This document shows, piece by piece, positions 53,320 to 64,000 of a stretch of 64,000 bases of DNA. The stretch is from Massalongia carnosa (lineage: Eukaryota): contig OZ287078.1 in the NCBI GenBank assembly GCA_965645245.1, positions 1,612,001 through 1,676,000 on the forward strand, written 5' to 3'. The notes beneath the pieces were generated by a model that did not search any database, was not told where the DNA came from, and worked only from the letters and a program-made list of their open reading frames with translations. A program made the translations under genes and the position numbers. Position 1 is the first letter of the stretch, and the number at the start of each line of letters is the position of its first letter.

Positions 53320-54905
53320 TCATCCCTTTCCAAATCGAAACCCCCCAAAAACCCCTCCACCACCACCAGGCGTAAGGGATCCCATGCCTTGGTTTTGCTG
53401 ATTTGGAGTCATAGCCGGCGCTGTGTAAGCAGTTCCCGGTGTGCTTGGCGTTCCTTGCGTGCCGTTGTTAGGATAGATCGTAGCTCCGTTGAGATTGGGC
53501 GTGGATTGCTCGTCCGTATTACCATACGAGGTTTGGTTGAATGGACCCGACAGCATAGACCCAACCGATGAACCCACCCCGTTAAGCCCCCAAACTTGGC
53601 CGAGATATTTGTCATCATCAATCACGCCGTGAAAGATGTTCTTTTTGACCTCCCAAAAGATTTTCCCGGTGAGCAGGCTATCCGATCCTGCCTGATGCGC
53701 GACGCCGATCCTCTTGATACCAAGCTCGTCAGCAAGGTCTTGAAGTCCAGACTTTTGACCCAGGTTGTTGAGAATACTCGCCGCTTGCGGAGATAGAGGA
53801 GCGTCATTGACCGTTTGGTTCCTCTGAGCATGTTTAACCATGTACTTGATGTCATAAATCGAAGGAAAGAAAATAGCGAGGAGCTTTCGATACTCCGTTT
53901 CATCCTCGGGCAAAGGCTTGCAGAGCATGAGTTTGACGAGATAGCCGAAATCATAACCGGAGTGAAACGAGATCCAGTGAACGTCTTCCAGCAACACTAA
54001 GCCTGAACTTATCAACAAAGCACCAAATTGTTCGGGTTCAATGCCATTTTTTTCGTGTTGATCCAGGTCTAATCCAGCAGAAGTTAGAAACTCTATCGAA
54101 TCTTGGTTATACATGTCGCCATGGGTTGAGAAAGTGAAGTTGAATTGCCAGGTGCATGGGCAAGGAATGAGATTATTGGGATACGTTGATGCTGCCATGC
54201 CCGAGATATCGGCCGGATGAGTCGGCGGCATTTCTCCATCCTTGGAGAAGAGGGTGATTCCAAGCTGTATTACCCGTAAAAGGTCAACATTGCAGCGGAG
54301 CGTCTGATAATGATAGTCTGCCTTGGTTGTAAAAGCGCCCATGGGCCGAGCAACGATCCCAGGAAACTCGGTGTCCTGCGACTTTTTGTTAGCACAGCGA
54401 TTCCGGGTAGAGTTGTGATCATCAAAGGACGCACCATGCTGATGTAAGGGTATTTATCAACCAAGCCCCGTAAGATCTGCATCTCCTGCGCCAGATTTCC
54501 GCGCCACACATCTCGTATCCTACCTTTCATTTGCCCCTTTCCGCTGTTTGCTCCCCCACTTGTCCTTCTGATTGCATCTCTTGCTTGCTGCTGTTGTATG
54601 ATAGCCCCTTGCGCAAACCCCATTACCGCCGCCTGACTTGCCAAACCCGTACCTCCCCCAAGTCCATTCCCCGACCCAAAGCCCCCAGCGAGTCCATTTG
54701 TATTGGAGGATGGTGCGAATGGGCTGACATTTGAGTTCAGGTTACTCTGAGGGAAACCATGATGTGAATTAAATGAGGGCGGTGGGAGGCCGGAGGAGCC
54801 AGAGGCTTGATGTTGTTGGTTGTGATGCGGTAGATGTGACTGTTGGATATGTGAAAAGGGTCCCGAGAGAATCTGAGGACCGAATCGGCTGACTGCTGGC
54901 GGCAT
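53320..54905 (-). CDS. CAF1: CCR4-NOT deadenylase subunit Caf1/Pop2 (CNOT7)
   Basis: IRDVW..NL, YPYISM|DTEFPGIVARP, YQTLRCNVDLL, WQFNF, WISFHSGYDFGY, AHQAGSDS; one intron ~54377-54434. Confidence 0.95.
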
Positions 54906-55291
54906 AGCGCGAGGAGTCTCTGAGCTATTCTTTGGTGAAGGTTTGGTGTTATTGGAAGCTCACAAGCTGCTTCATTGAAGGGACGTTATAGACCTCGCCA
55001 TGTAGAAGCCGCCCACAGTTTTCAATGACAATCTCAATGTATATTTTATGGTTTATGAAGGTGACTCGGATAGCTACGGAACTTGCCGTAAAGCAGTTAA
55101 CAGCCTATGAATTAGCGTAGCTAGCAGCTAGTAAAGCTCGAGCTAAACCGTAATAGGGCCTTGGCTTAAGAGGGTATTTTGAGTGATCAATGCATCACCA
55201 TCGAGCATCGTGGATCTGTCTGGAGTTTATCTGAACCGTAAGTTTTTCTTCCTATTCTTTACAGTTTACTCATTGGTAGCTCTCTAGTATC

Positions 55292-55630
55292 ATGGCACCT
55301 CCTCGAGGCAACCTTACAGGCTTCGATCTGCGCAAGTTTGTTGCCGCTACTGGGCTGCCTGCCAAAGATCCTTGGGCACGAGCGTATGTAATCTTTTACA
55401 GCGCAGAAAATAGAGCCCTGTGTGAGACGTTTGGCTGATTTAATCGGGCACATAGAGAGCATTGGCGATACACGGGTCCTTTCACTAGGTTCAATCGATT
55501 TAAAGGTGCATTTCCTGGCCTGGGAATAGCAACTGTCGCTTTCACAGTATACTGTGGCTACGAATATCTTTTCCTATCCGGCAAAACCCATGGACATGCA
55601 GAATCGAGTCAGGACGAAGGGCATCATTGA
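55292..55630 (+). CDS. NDUFB3: NADH:ubiquinone oxidoreductase B12 subunit (NDUFB3)
   Basis: Not in the ORF track. Exons 55292-55383 and 55456-55630 give MAPPRGNLTGFDLRKF...DPWARAEHWRYTGPFTRFNRFKGAFPGLGIATVAFTVYCGYEY...HH*; divergent from CAF1. Confidence 0.88.
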
Positions 55631-57836
55631 AGTTGGCACCCGCTCGGTCGGGGAACATAAACCTGGAGGATACCCACGGAGGATTTGCCAGCATGTATAG
55701 CTCTATATTGAACTTTCAGAAACCAGTATTGTATATGTCAAATCTGTTGGTCACTCAATCATCGATTAGACGCTTGACCTTAGGCCCGAAGTCTAGCGAG
55801 CAGGAATAATGAATGAGCATGGAGTGAGAATTCTACTAACCCACTCTGGGATGGCTCAAGCGATGAGCGCTTCGCTGAGAGCTGGTCGAAAGAAAAGCCG
55901 ACGTTCGTATGAAGCAAATAGATGGTATCATGTATAAAGTAGATAACTGAACATACATCTTCAGGCTAAGGGATTGAGATCCTCAGAATCAAGGAAGCCG
56001 TGTGTTTCCTTGCTTTCATGCAGGACTTTTGTCAAGAAGACAGACACCTGCGCCGGTCTCACTCATGATTAAAGAAAATAATATGGTGTGTTGAGATATT
56101 CTCAGTTACGCTCAGGGGTAACTGCCTTACAATAGTTAGTCTAATGATGCTGAAACTTTTAACGATCATTAAGCCTACCAACTACATGACACAGAAAGAA
56201 GAAGAAAAAGAGAGATATCTCGTATTGCATTGATATGATTGGGCTGGCCGGATTGTACAAAGTACATAAATGTCTTTGTCTCGCGTCTCACCTATTCATG
56301 ACAACACAATCCCTTCATCACATTGTTTGGCTCATTTTATTTCTTCGGCTTCAGCTTCCCATGTTTTGAATCGGGGTAAATTTGCTGCTTCGATGTGGTA
56401 ACCCGCTTGAAGTAGGGTTCAAAAAGCTTACTTACTTCGTATTAAGAGCCGTTTCCTGCAACACCAGTTATAATCAATAGAGAGCAAGTCCTATAACGGA
56501 TTGAATGCCAGCCGGGTATGCAATTATCTCAAATGATTTCTTTGAAATCATGTACAAATACGGGTATACATCATCTGGAGTCAGAAATTGGATTTCTAAA
56601 GTAACAATCTGATCTTACATCATTTGTTTTTGAGCATGTACGCTTCTTGGAATCAAGATATTTCCATTGTGATAAGTCTTCTTATCTTGTCGAATGCACC
56701 TTGGAAGTTCTCTCTTGATCACTAAAATGATCATATCCTCTATTATTACCTTTCCTTCACTGTCAGCAATCTGTGTAAGTCTAAATTTCGCCTTGTGCGA
56801 ACTTACACTTCATTGCCGTTCCTACTTGTTTCGCAAAGCTACCTCCTCTCTTCAGCACGGTGTTCTGGGCTTCTTCCTACTTGCTGCTCTTCCAGCTGTC
56901 GTAGCAATGCCCAAGCCACAGAGCTTGGCTGCGGTTTTCCCTGACTCTGCGGATGACAGCACTTCTGACATCACAGCGATATTACCCCCCCAAACCGCCA
57001 TCAAACTGTGAGAGGTCTCCTCTATCATATTGCGTAGAGGGCGGCGAACTCCGTAAGCAACTTTCTTATAAACGGATGCTTCGCAAGTTCATCGAGACCC
57101 TTGTTTTTTCTCTTAGGTTTTTGTCATTCATATAGGACCAACGTAAAATATAGCCCGAAACACAGCTGTAGTCGTCGAACCTGGTGAACCCTGCAAATTC
57201 GACAGGCCGCAATCTGCTGCAATCAATCGCGACTTGAACGGGGGGATGATTAGGCGACTAGGTCTGGAACGAGGTCAACACGTGGGACTTTGTATATGAA
57301 GCCGCTGCCATTGTCGGTATAGGTGCACTTTATTATTCGATGTTGACGCTGCAACAAAAATCATAAGTAAATGGAAAGTCAAGAACGCGGTATCCTGAAT
57401 TCTGATTACTCTTTTGACTTTGCTCAGACAGAGAACTTCGAAACTGTTGCAACTAAAACTACTGGAGACGAAATCATAATGCTTTGACAATTGATAAATT
57501 TGTTTGAAAGATTTATATGTAAAAAGAAAACTGTTGAGAAATGAAAAAAAATAAGAAATATTTGATTCTATGTTTCCAAAAATTTATTAATAAAAGCGAT
57601 TTCAATAGGGGGCAAGAAAAACTCCGTTTCCCAACCAATTAAAGAGTGCCGCAACTGGATAGTGTGGTACTTGATGCCCTCCACTTCCTGATACCTTCCC
57701 CCTCCGTTGTTGGCTGCCATCGTAACTCTCAGCTGCTCCTCCCTCGTGACTGTGACTACAAATCCGTATTCTACCCTTCTTCTAACGTTCAATCTATACT
57801 CATCAAACCGCATCCAGGCTCTTAAGCTGTAAGGCG

Positions 57837-58640
57837 GTGTTACTGTTTTTGCTGGCCCGCTCTCTCCTTTCCTTATTTACCCTCAGCCTCTCTAACCCTA
57901 GCACATATTGTCAGACTGCATGCTGGCAAAATCACGAAAGGGGTAACCAGCTCGAGTTGTCCAGACTCAACTGGGAAGGAATTACCGGTCTGTGGATGCG
58001 TCCTAATCTGTCAAAAGATCTTACGATCGTTGGAAGCACAATAAACTGCACTGGGTCTTACTTCCCAATCGGTGACCAGCTGATGACCGACGCTACCGAC
58101 AAAGCAAATTAATTTATAAGCTTCAGCAGCTTCGTCCCCATATGCTATTCTTCAATGCAAGATTGGCCGTTGGACAAAGGTGCTTTTTCGAAGGCCATTC
58201 TCTTATGTATGCGGTGATAGTTGGGCAATGAGACAATAGAATTCTTCAGAGAAGCAAAATTCCAGTCTTAGGTCACAGTGGAAGATAGGAAGGGCGTAGC
58301 TGAAGCATGTCAACCCAGCTTTCAGCTAGATAAAGCTGCGCCAATTCAAGTCTAACAGGCCTTCTGCAAGCTCGGATAGCATTTTTCCAACGAAAATTAT
58401 TCGGGGGGAAGTTGATAGTCCAAAAACATCAACTTTATCGAAAACGGGATATTTACTGGGCTGACATGGACAAAATAGTTTCAGCGATATAGAAAGAATG
58501 GTAAGAGTTTAAATGAGATTAGCTGCTTCGTGTGCAACGAAAGCCCAATTAGATTGAAGATCGAAGGTCGACAAAAGGAGTTTATACACTGTTCTAGGTT
58601 CACTAAAGGAATAGGTACGGACTATGTCCAGAAGACGTGC
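57837..58640 (+). pseudogene. Possible decayed secreted protein gene
   Basis: Signal-peptide-like start (LLARSLLSLFTLSLS) followed by broken frames; family not recognised. Confidence 0.3.
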
Positions 58641-58867
58641 AAGAGATTCAATTTTCAGGATGATAGCCCAGTTAGATAATCTCTAGCCTAGTATATGACA
58701 GGACAGTGAATTAATGTGTGGCTAGAGATAGCTTACGATGTTTGACATCGATTTCATTGCCTGGGTACAAAGATAGCTCAGAAAAAAAACACACATAGTA
58801 ATACGTGATTTAAATCCTTAAATTAATTTTGAAATAAATATTGAAATTTGTATCAAAATATGTATAT

Positions 58868-59013
58868 GGTCGGGTGGTGTAGGTATGTCTAATCCCAAAT
58901 TTCCTTAGTGATTGAATGCAACGTAGTTAACAGTTGATAAAGTTGGTTATCACATCTCCTTAACATTTCGTGTGGCACGGAGAAGGTCTAGGGTTCGAAC
59001 CCCTACCTGATCA
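58868..59013 (+). tRNA. tRNA-Val(AAC): tRNA-Val(AAC) with two introns: 60-nt spliceosomal-type insert at position 15/16 (58883-58942) and 12-nt canonical intron at 37/38 (58966-58977)
   Basis: Spliced: GGTCGGG TG GTGTAG|TTGGTTATCAC A TCTCC TTAACA|C GGAGA AGGTC TAGGG TTCGAAC CCCTA CCTGATC A. All four stems pair, the B-box GGTTCGAACCC is intact, and a T5 Pol III terminator follows at 59014-59018. Confidence 0.9.
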
Positions 59014-59310
59014 TTTTTACATTTTTGATGCTATTTTTGAGCTTTTGCAACAATAACATCGCTATTTATTCAATCAACTTATGAAGGGGTCGAAGAGTCG
59101 GACTTTGTCCGGCTTTAGTGTTAGGATAAACTGCAAATCAGTCTTACTATATATTTCCTTGCTCCACTTCTTTCCGCCTCACCGCATCTCACGTGATTGA
59201 TTTAACTAGCTTGCTGCCAATGAGCTTGGTTTTCACACTATCGAAACTCTGGCTCGTCACTACTTGGAGCGGGCCCACCTTCTCGAACCTTTAAAGATAA
59301 CTCAGTAGGT

Positions 59311-61062
59311 ATGGAGGAGGACGAAATAACCATCGAAGAAGACGAGGCTGTCAAACAGTTTCTTCCTACCGGATTTGGCAAGCAAACGAAGCAGATAAAC
59401 GTTGTAAAACAGCTGGAGAAGAGCAAACGGGTGGTGGTTTCGGAGCAGGTTGAGCTTTCAAGTGCTATATCAGCAGGCGAAGAGAGTAATAAGAATGGCT
59501 CGGACAATGAGGATGAAGACGAGGATGCGGATGACGAAGACGAGTTTCCAGTGTCCCACGAACTGACCTTAAAAACCCACGAGCGCACTGTAACCACCTT
59601 GACGGCTGATCTCTCAGGATCTCGGTTAGTTACTGGCTCCACAGACTGCACAGTTAAATTCCACGATTTCGCGTCTATGACCCCGACTACGCTACGAGCC
59701 TTCAAGTCGGTCGACCCTACAGCGACAAAGGCTTCCGCGAACTCGGAAACACATCCTGTAAACCACGTGGAATTCAATCCGCATTCTCCAAGTCAACTGC
59801 TTGTCATCTCGGCCACGCCTCAAGCAAAGATTCTTAGCCGAGATGGCGAGGTACTCACGGAATTCGTCAAGGGTGACATGTATCTTAGGGATATGCACAA
59901 CACCAAAGGCCACATCTCTGAGATTACCACCGGCACATGGCATCCTACCGATAAAAATCTCTGCGTTACTGCTGGAACGGACAGCACGCTCCGGATCTGG
60001 GACACAAACTTTAAGCGTACTCAAAAGGACATAATTGTGCATAAATCCCGAGCAGCAGGGTCTGCGGGAAGGACAAGGATGACAGCTGTAGCATGGGGCT
60101 CTCCAGCTCAAGGTGGTAGCAGTATTCTTGTCGCGGCGGCTTTGGATGGCAGTCTTGTAATGTGGGGGGGAGATGGGCCGTTTACAAGACCTATGGCTGA
60201 GGTTAGAGAGGCGCACAAGAAAGGCACCTGGACTGGAGGACTGGCTATCAGTATGGACGGGAGAACTGTGGTTACCAGAGGAGGGGATGATCTAATAAAG
60301 CTTTGGGATACGCGGAAGTTCAAGCTACCCGTCAGCGTTGTTGAGCACCAGTCTACCTCTGACCAATACGCACAGACGGATATTCGATTCTCTCCGAATT
60401 CGTCGTGTATTATCACAGGCTCAGCGACGGGGCGTCTTCACATTCTAAATCCGGCGACCCTGAAACCCGAACTCGTCACTCCTGTCACGCCTGGATCACC
60501 GCTCATCACAGTTCTCTGGCATGATAAGTTGAACCAAATTGTTACTGGTTCGGCCAATGCAGAAACGCATGTGCTTTATAATCCGAGCATATCGACTCGT
60601 GGGGCAGCTATGGTCATGTCGAAAGCGCCCAAGCGACGGCATATTGACGATGATCCAACCCTAACAACAAATCTTACCCAAGGGATATCCGGGGAAAGCA
60701 TTATCACTCCGAATGGTCTTCTTACCAGTAATAATCAGGTATCGGCAAGTTACGCTGCGCGCCATCCTACGCTAGGTATGACGGCTTCGGGAAGATCTCG
60801 GGATCCAAGGCGACCGCATATCCCCATGACTACCCCATTTGCGAAAAGCCAGCCGGACGAGAACCACATAAAGAATAATATTCCGCTTAGTTCCATGCGT
60901 GACGAAGATCCAAGAGAAGCTCTGTTGAAATACGCCGAGAAAGCAGAGAAGGATCCCATGTTCACCAATGCTTGGAAACATACCCAGCCGAAAACAATAT
61001 ATGCGGAGTTGAGCGAAGAGGAAGATGAAGGACCGGAGAAGAAAAAACCGAAGCGGCCTTGA
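59311..61062 (+). CDS. WDR70: WD40 repeat protein WDR70/Gad1-like
   Basis: QFLPTGFGKQ, FPVSHEL, KGDMYLRDMHNTKGH, RGGDDLIKLWDTRKFK, EDPREALLKYA motifs. Confidence 0.9.
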   Translation: MEEDEITIEEDEAVKQFLPTGFGKQTKQINVVKQLEKSKRVVVSEQVELSSAISAGEESNKNGSDNEDEDEDADDEDEFPVSHELTLKTHERTVTTLTADLSGSRLVTGSTDCTVKFHDFASMTPTTLRAFKSVDPTATKASANSETHPVNHVEFNPHSPSQLLVISATPQAKILSRDGEVLTEFVKGDMYLRDMHNTKGHISEITTGTWHPTDKNLCVTAGTDSTLRIWDTNFKRTQKDIIVHKSRAAGSAGRTRMTAVAWGSPAQGGSSILVAAALDGSLVMWGGDGPFTRPMAEVREAHKKGTWTGGLAISMDGRTVVTRGGDDLIKLWDTRKFKLPVSVVEHQSTSDQYAQTDIRFSPNSSCIITGSATGRLHILNPATLKPELVTPVTPGSPLITVLWHDKLNQIVTGSANAETHVLYNPSISTRGAAMVMSKAPKRRHIDDDPTLTTNLTQGISGESIITPNGLLTSNNQVSASYAARHPTLGMTASGRSRDPRRPHIPMTTPFAKSQPDENHIKNNIPLSSMRDEDPREALLKYAEKAEKDPMFTNAWKHTQPKTIYAELSEEEDEGPEKKKPKRP

Positions 61063-62570
61063 ACTTCACGACGAGCGATGTCGTTGTCATGCTCTACGGG
61101 TCTCATAAAGGTGATTATGGTGAGGCCCTTTTGTGGAAAGACCACATACATCCGCTGTGGCTTTACATTGCCAAGCGGCCCAATTCTGTAAGTATCATCT
61201 CAAACTTCATTTACGAAAGTGCATTCATTCATCTAGCGCAGTGGCATACCTAGTATTCCAGGTTTTGGGATTCGTTAAGGTGTGGTTTTTGCTCCAGTTC
61301 GAGAGTGTTTGAAAAATTCTACTAAACCAGCAGCCAGCAGAAAAGTGCAAACTCTGCACGAGGGTCAAAAGAGACTGTATTCTGACGAAACACAAATCCG
61401 GTCCATTTACTTGTTGGCATCTCCGAAACTAGGATCTCTGCAGTAGCCAATGAGCGACTCGACGGATAACCCCATTAGTCAGAATGCGATATCAGAGGCC
61501 ATTTGGACTCGCTCAGCACTCCTTCCTTTGCCGTTTTCTTCCATACCCGATCGATGCCTGGGGGTTTTTACAGCTCGATAGGGTGAAGAATGAGAGTTAA
61601 CCCGGAAATGAAGTAAAAAACTTGGTTTCCTTAGCAAGCCTTAATTAGGCTTTAATCTAATTTGGGTGTAGATTAGTTGCTTACACGCTTTACGCTATCT
61701 TGTTAAATAGTATCTTAGACTCAAAACCGCCCTACTACATTGTCCTGTACAGTATCGATTTTCCACAACTACTTGTCCGCTGAAACCTATCTATCCATCC
61801 ATCCATCCATCCCAAAGCTCGCCTCTCGGAAAAATATCAGCATATCTTTGGTTTTATCTATAACTACCTACCTACCTTAAAATGGACTGAGCACACAACC
61901 CTCCCCCCTCTTCCCCTCCCCCAAATCACCCACCCGCCTGTACTACCTATCGATTAGTATTCGCTCACCAACAGGACTCGGAAAACAAGATGGCTAGCTA
62001 GCTGCGATTGGGGATTAGTTGATTACAGGAGCGGGGGTTGTGATATGAGAGACAATGGTGAGAGATGGATGGGGGTTAGTGGGGGAATGAAGAAGAAGGA
62101 GGAAAAGAAAGGATGTGGGAACCAGGGAGGATTGGGAAATTTTTGACTAAGGAAAGGCTTCTCCAATCCCGAGAGAGAGAGAGGGAGAAACTTATTCTGA
62201 AATCGTCAGGGCGGAAAGCGAAACCCTTGCTTTTCGTACTACATGTACCCCCGAACGACCAGGTGATATATATGTACCGGGAGCGAAAAAGAAAAGAGGG
62301 GTATATAAGTTCGGTATTTAACTATAGCACCGTACACATTTTATATGCAGGCCGAAGAGAATGATGGATGTGGACATATCAGGAGAAACCCCTGGCAACG
62401 CTCATTACACTCGAGAACAGCCCCGTCAATAAATATTTCATACCGCATAATCTTGCCGTGGCGCCAGGATCCTCGTCGATGTTCCGCGTTGCAGGAAAGT
62501 ATATATGTATGGAATAGGCCGTATAATAGGTGGATAAAGAGGTGAGGTGGTAGGTATGTTTGGCCTTGTC

Positions 62571-64000
62571 TCACGGACGGGTGTCAGTCCCCGAATAATC
62601 ATTATCATTTGTGTCTCCGCCGCTGCCACCATTGCTTTTCTGCCGGTTCCGCTCGATACGGAAGAATTCTCCTAGCGTCGCGTTCATGCTCTGTGATCGC
62701 GCTTGGCGAGATGACATGCGCGCCTCGCCCGCAGGCTCCTGAGCGCTCTTCAGGGGCGAGGAGAGACCGCCGTCCGCCTCCCCCGCAGCGGATTCCCCAG
62801 GGCTACGGTGCGACCTCAACGTTTGCAAGCCTGGCAGCCGTGACCGTCTCCGAAAAGTTGGCGAGTCCAAGCCCCGGCGTAACGAGTCCGCCACGATGGC
62901 GCTCAGGGGGGAAGATAGCGGCGCAATGTATGGCCCAGGCATCATTCTGGAAAGTGAGTTCCTCGATAACGTGGCGGGTCGATTGGCTTTCTCGTATGAT
63001 TGCCGTCGCGGACTTTGGCCTTGTGGCATGGTGAGGCATGAACGTTGCGCTTCAGAAGGTAGCAAGGGGGAGGAGATTGTATTGTCGAACGGTCTTGGTC
63101 TTGGGGGCGGGGTGGATACGTCTTCTAGTGTTCGCCAGGGGTTTTTAAGTAGAGGTGCATCCGGTCCTTCGGTTTCTTCCACAAGCGCGTTGGAGCCCGT
63201 GGAGGATATGGAGCGTGGCGTTTTTGAGGTTGACTCAGATTGTCGCCGAGAGGAGCTTTTGTAGTAATTGAGGCTCGGCCCCTCATGTGCAGATCCCATG
63301 GATTTTTGCCTAATGCGGTCTTCCTCGCTGTTAGCGTCTTCGTATTGCTCTTCGTCTACTAGACCAATTCCTTCTTCTTCATCAACACCGTCCATGTGGT
63401 CGTGCCCCTCCTTACCTCCCGTTCTTCCACTGGTGATGAGATATACCCCAAGAAATGTCAAAGCACAGCCACCGATGAACTTTCCAAACTGGTCAGCCGT
63501 GGCAGATTTGAAATCGCGGTACAGAACAGCACTCCCAATGATGACGGAAAGTGTAAAGAGGACAAATTGAGTAGGGATTACTTGAGTCGAATCAAATCTT
63601 TGAAGAGCTCGGTTGACATATCGAATCTGGAGAAATGCTGTAACGACAAGAACGAATACAAGAAGATAGGTAATAGGAAACGTGAGAGTACGCCAGAGAG
63701 TATCGGAAAGGAGGGATGCAACACCCTTGGTTGATAAAGCCGTATAACCTCCTATAAATACTTTAGCAGGGAAAATGCAAGGCAACAAGTTTTAATTACC
63801 AAAAAGCCCTACAAGGCCCAGGTCAATCAGAATCGACTTCTCTCCATATTTCCCACTAACCCACATTAAAACAATCATGAATGCAGCGGTAATGCCTAGA
63901 TATAGCTCAAACTCCCATCGGGTTATCGCAGACCATAGCTCATGCGGTCCCATCTTTGATTCCGAGTTGTTGGCACTCAATACAACAGTCACTGCTCCGC
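62571..64000 (-). CDS. NIPA/DUF803 magnesium-transporter-like protein, 3' part (5' end outside window)
   Basis: ILIDLGLVGLFG|GYTALSTKG, QIRYVNRALQRFDSTQVIPTQFV..TLSVIIGSAVLYRDF; intron ~63752-63798. Confidence 0.88.

Noticed and set aside
58931..58933. Alternative CAG acceptor for the tRNA D-loop intron
   Set aside because: Immediately adjacent to the branch point and would leave 9 extra nt in the D-loop.

Overview
Eukaryotic DNA from a filamentous ascomycete (Pezizomycotina). It shows short GT-AG introns with CTRAY branch sites; a lichen-forming host is plausible but cannot be proven from this window. About 16 intact genes are present: a promethin/LDAF1-like protein, ARB1/ABCF2, a three-gene mycosporine cluster (O-methyltransferase, DDG synthase, ATP-grasp), a DHA1 MFS transporter, SEC72, a MARVEL protein, a DUF3112-like protein, a copper amine oxidase, CAF1/POP2, NDUFB3, WDR70, a NIPA-like transporter and several hypothetical proteins. 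There are also several decayed genes and two DNA transposons. One is a Mutator-like element carrying about 143 perfect telomere-like CCCTCA repeats, inserted in a Gfo/Idh/MocA gene; the other is a pogo/Fot1 element with a nested Y-shaped fold-back element. The most striking observation is a tRNA-Val(AAC) gene at 58868-59013. Besides a normal 12-nt anticodon-loop intron, it is split in the D-loop/A-box by a 60-nt insert with spliceosomal signals (GTATGT...GTTAAC...AAG), so it may need both the spliceosome and the tRNA splicing endonuclease to mature. All calls were made by eye; no searches were run.
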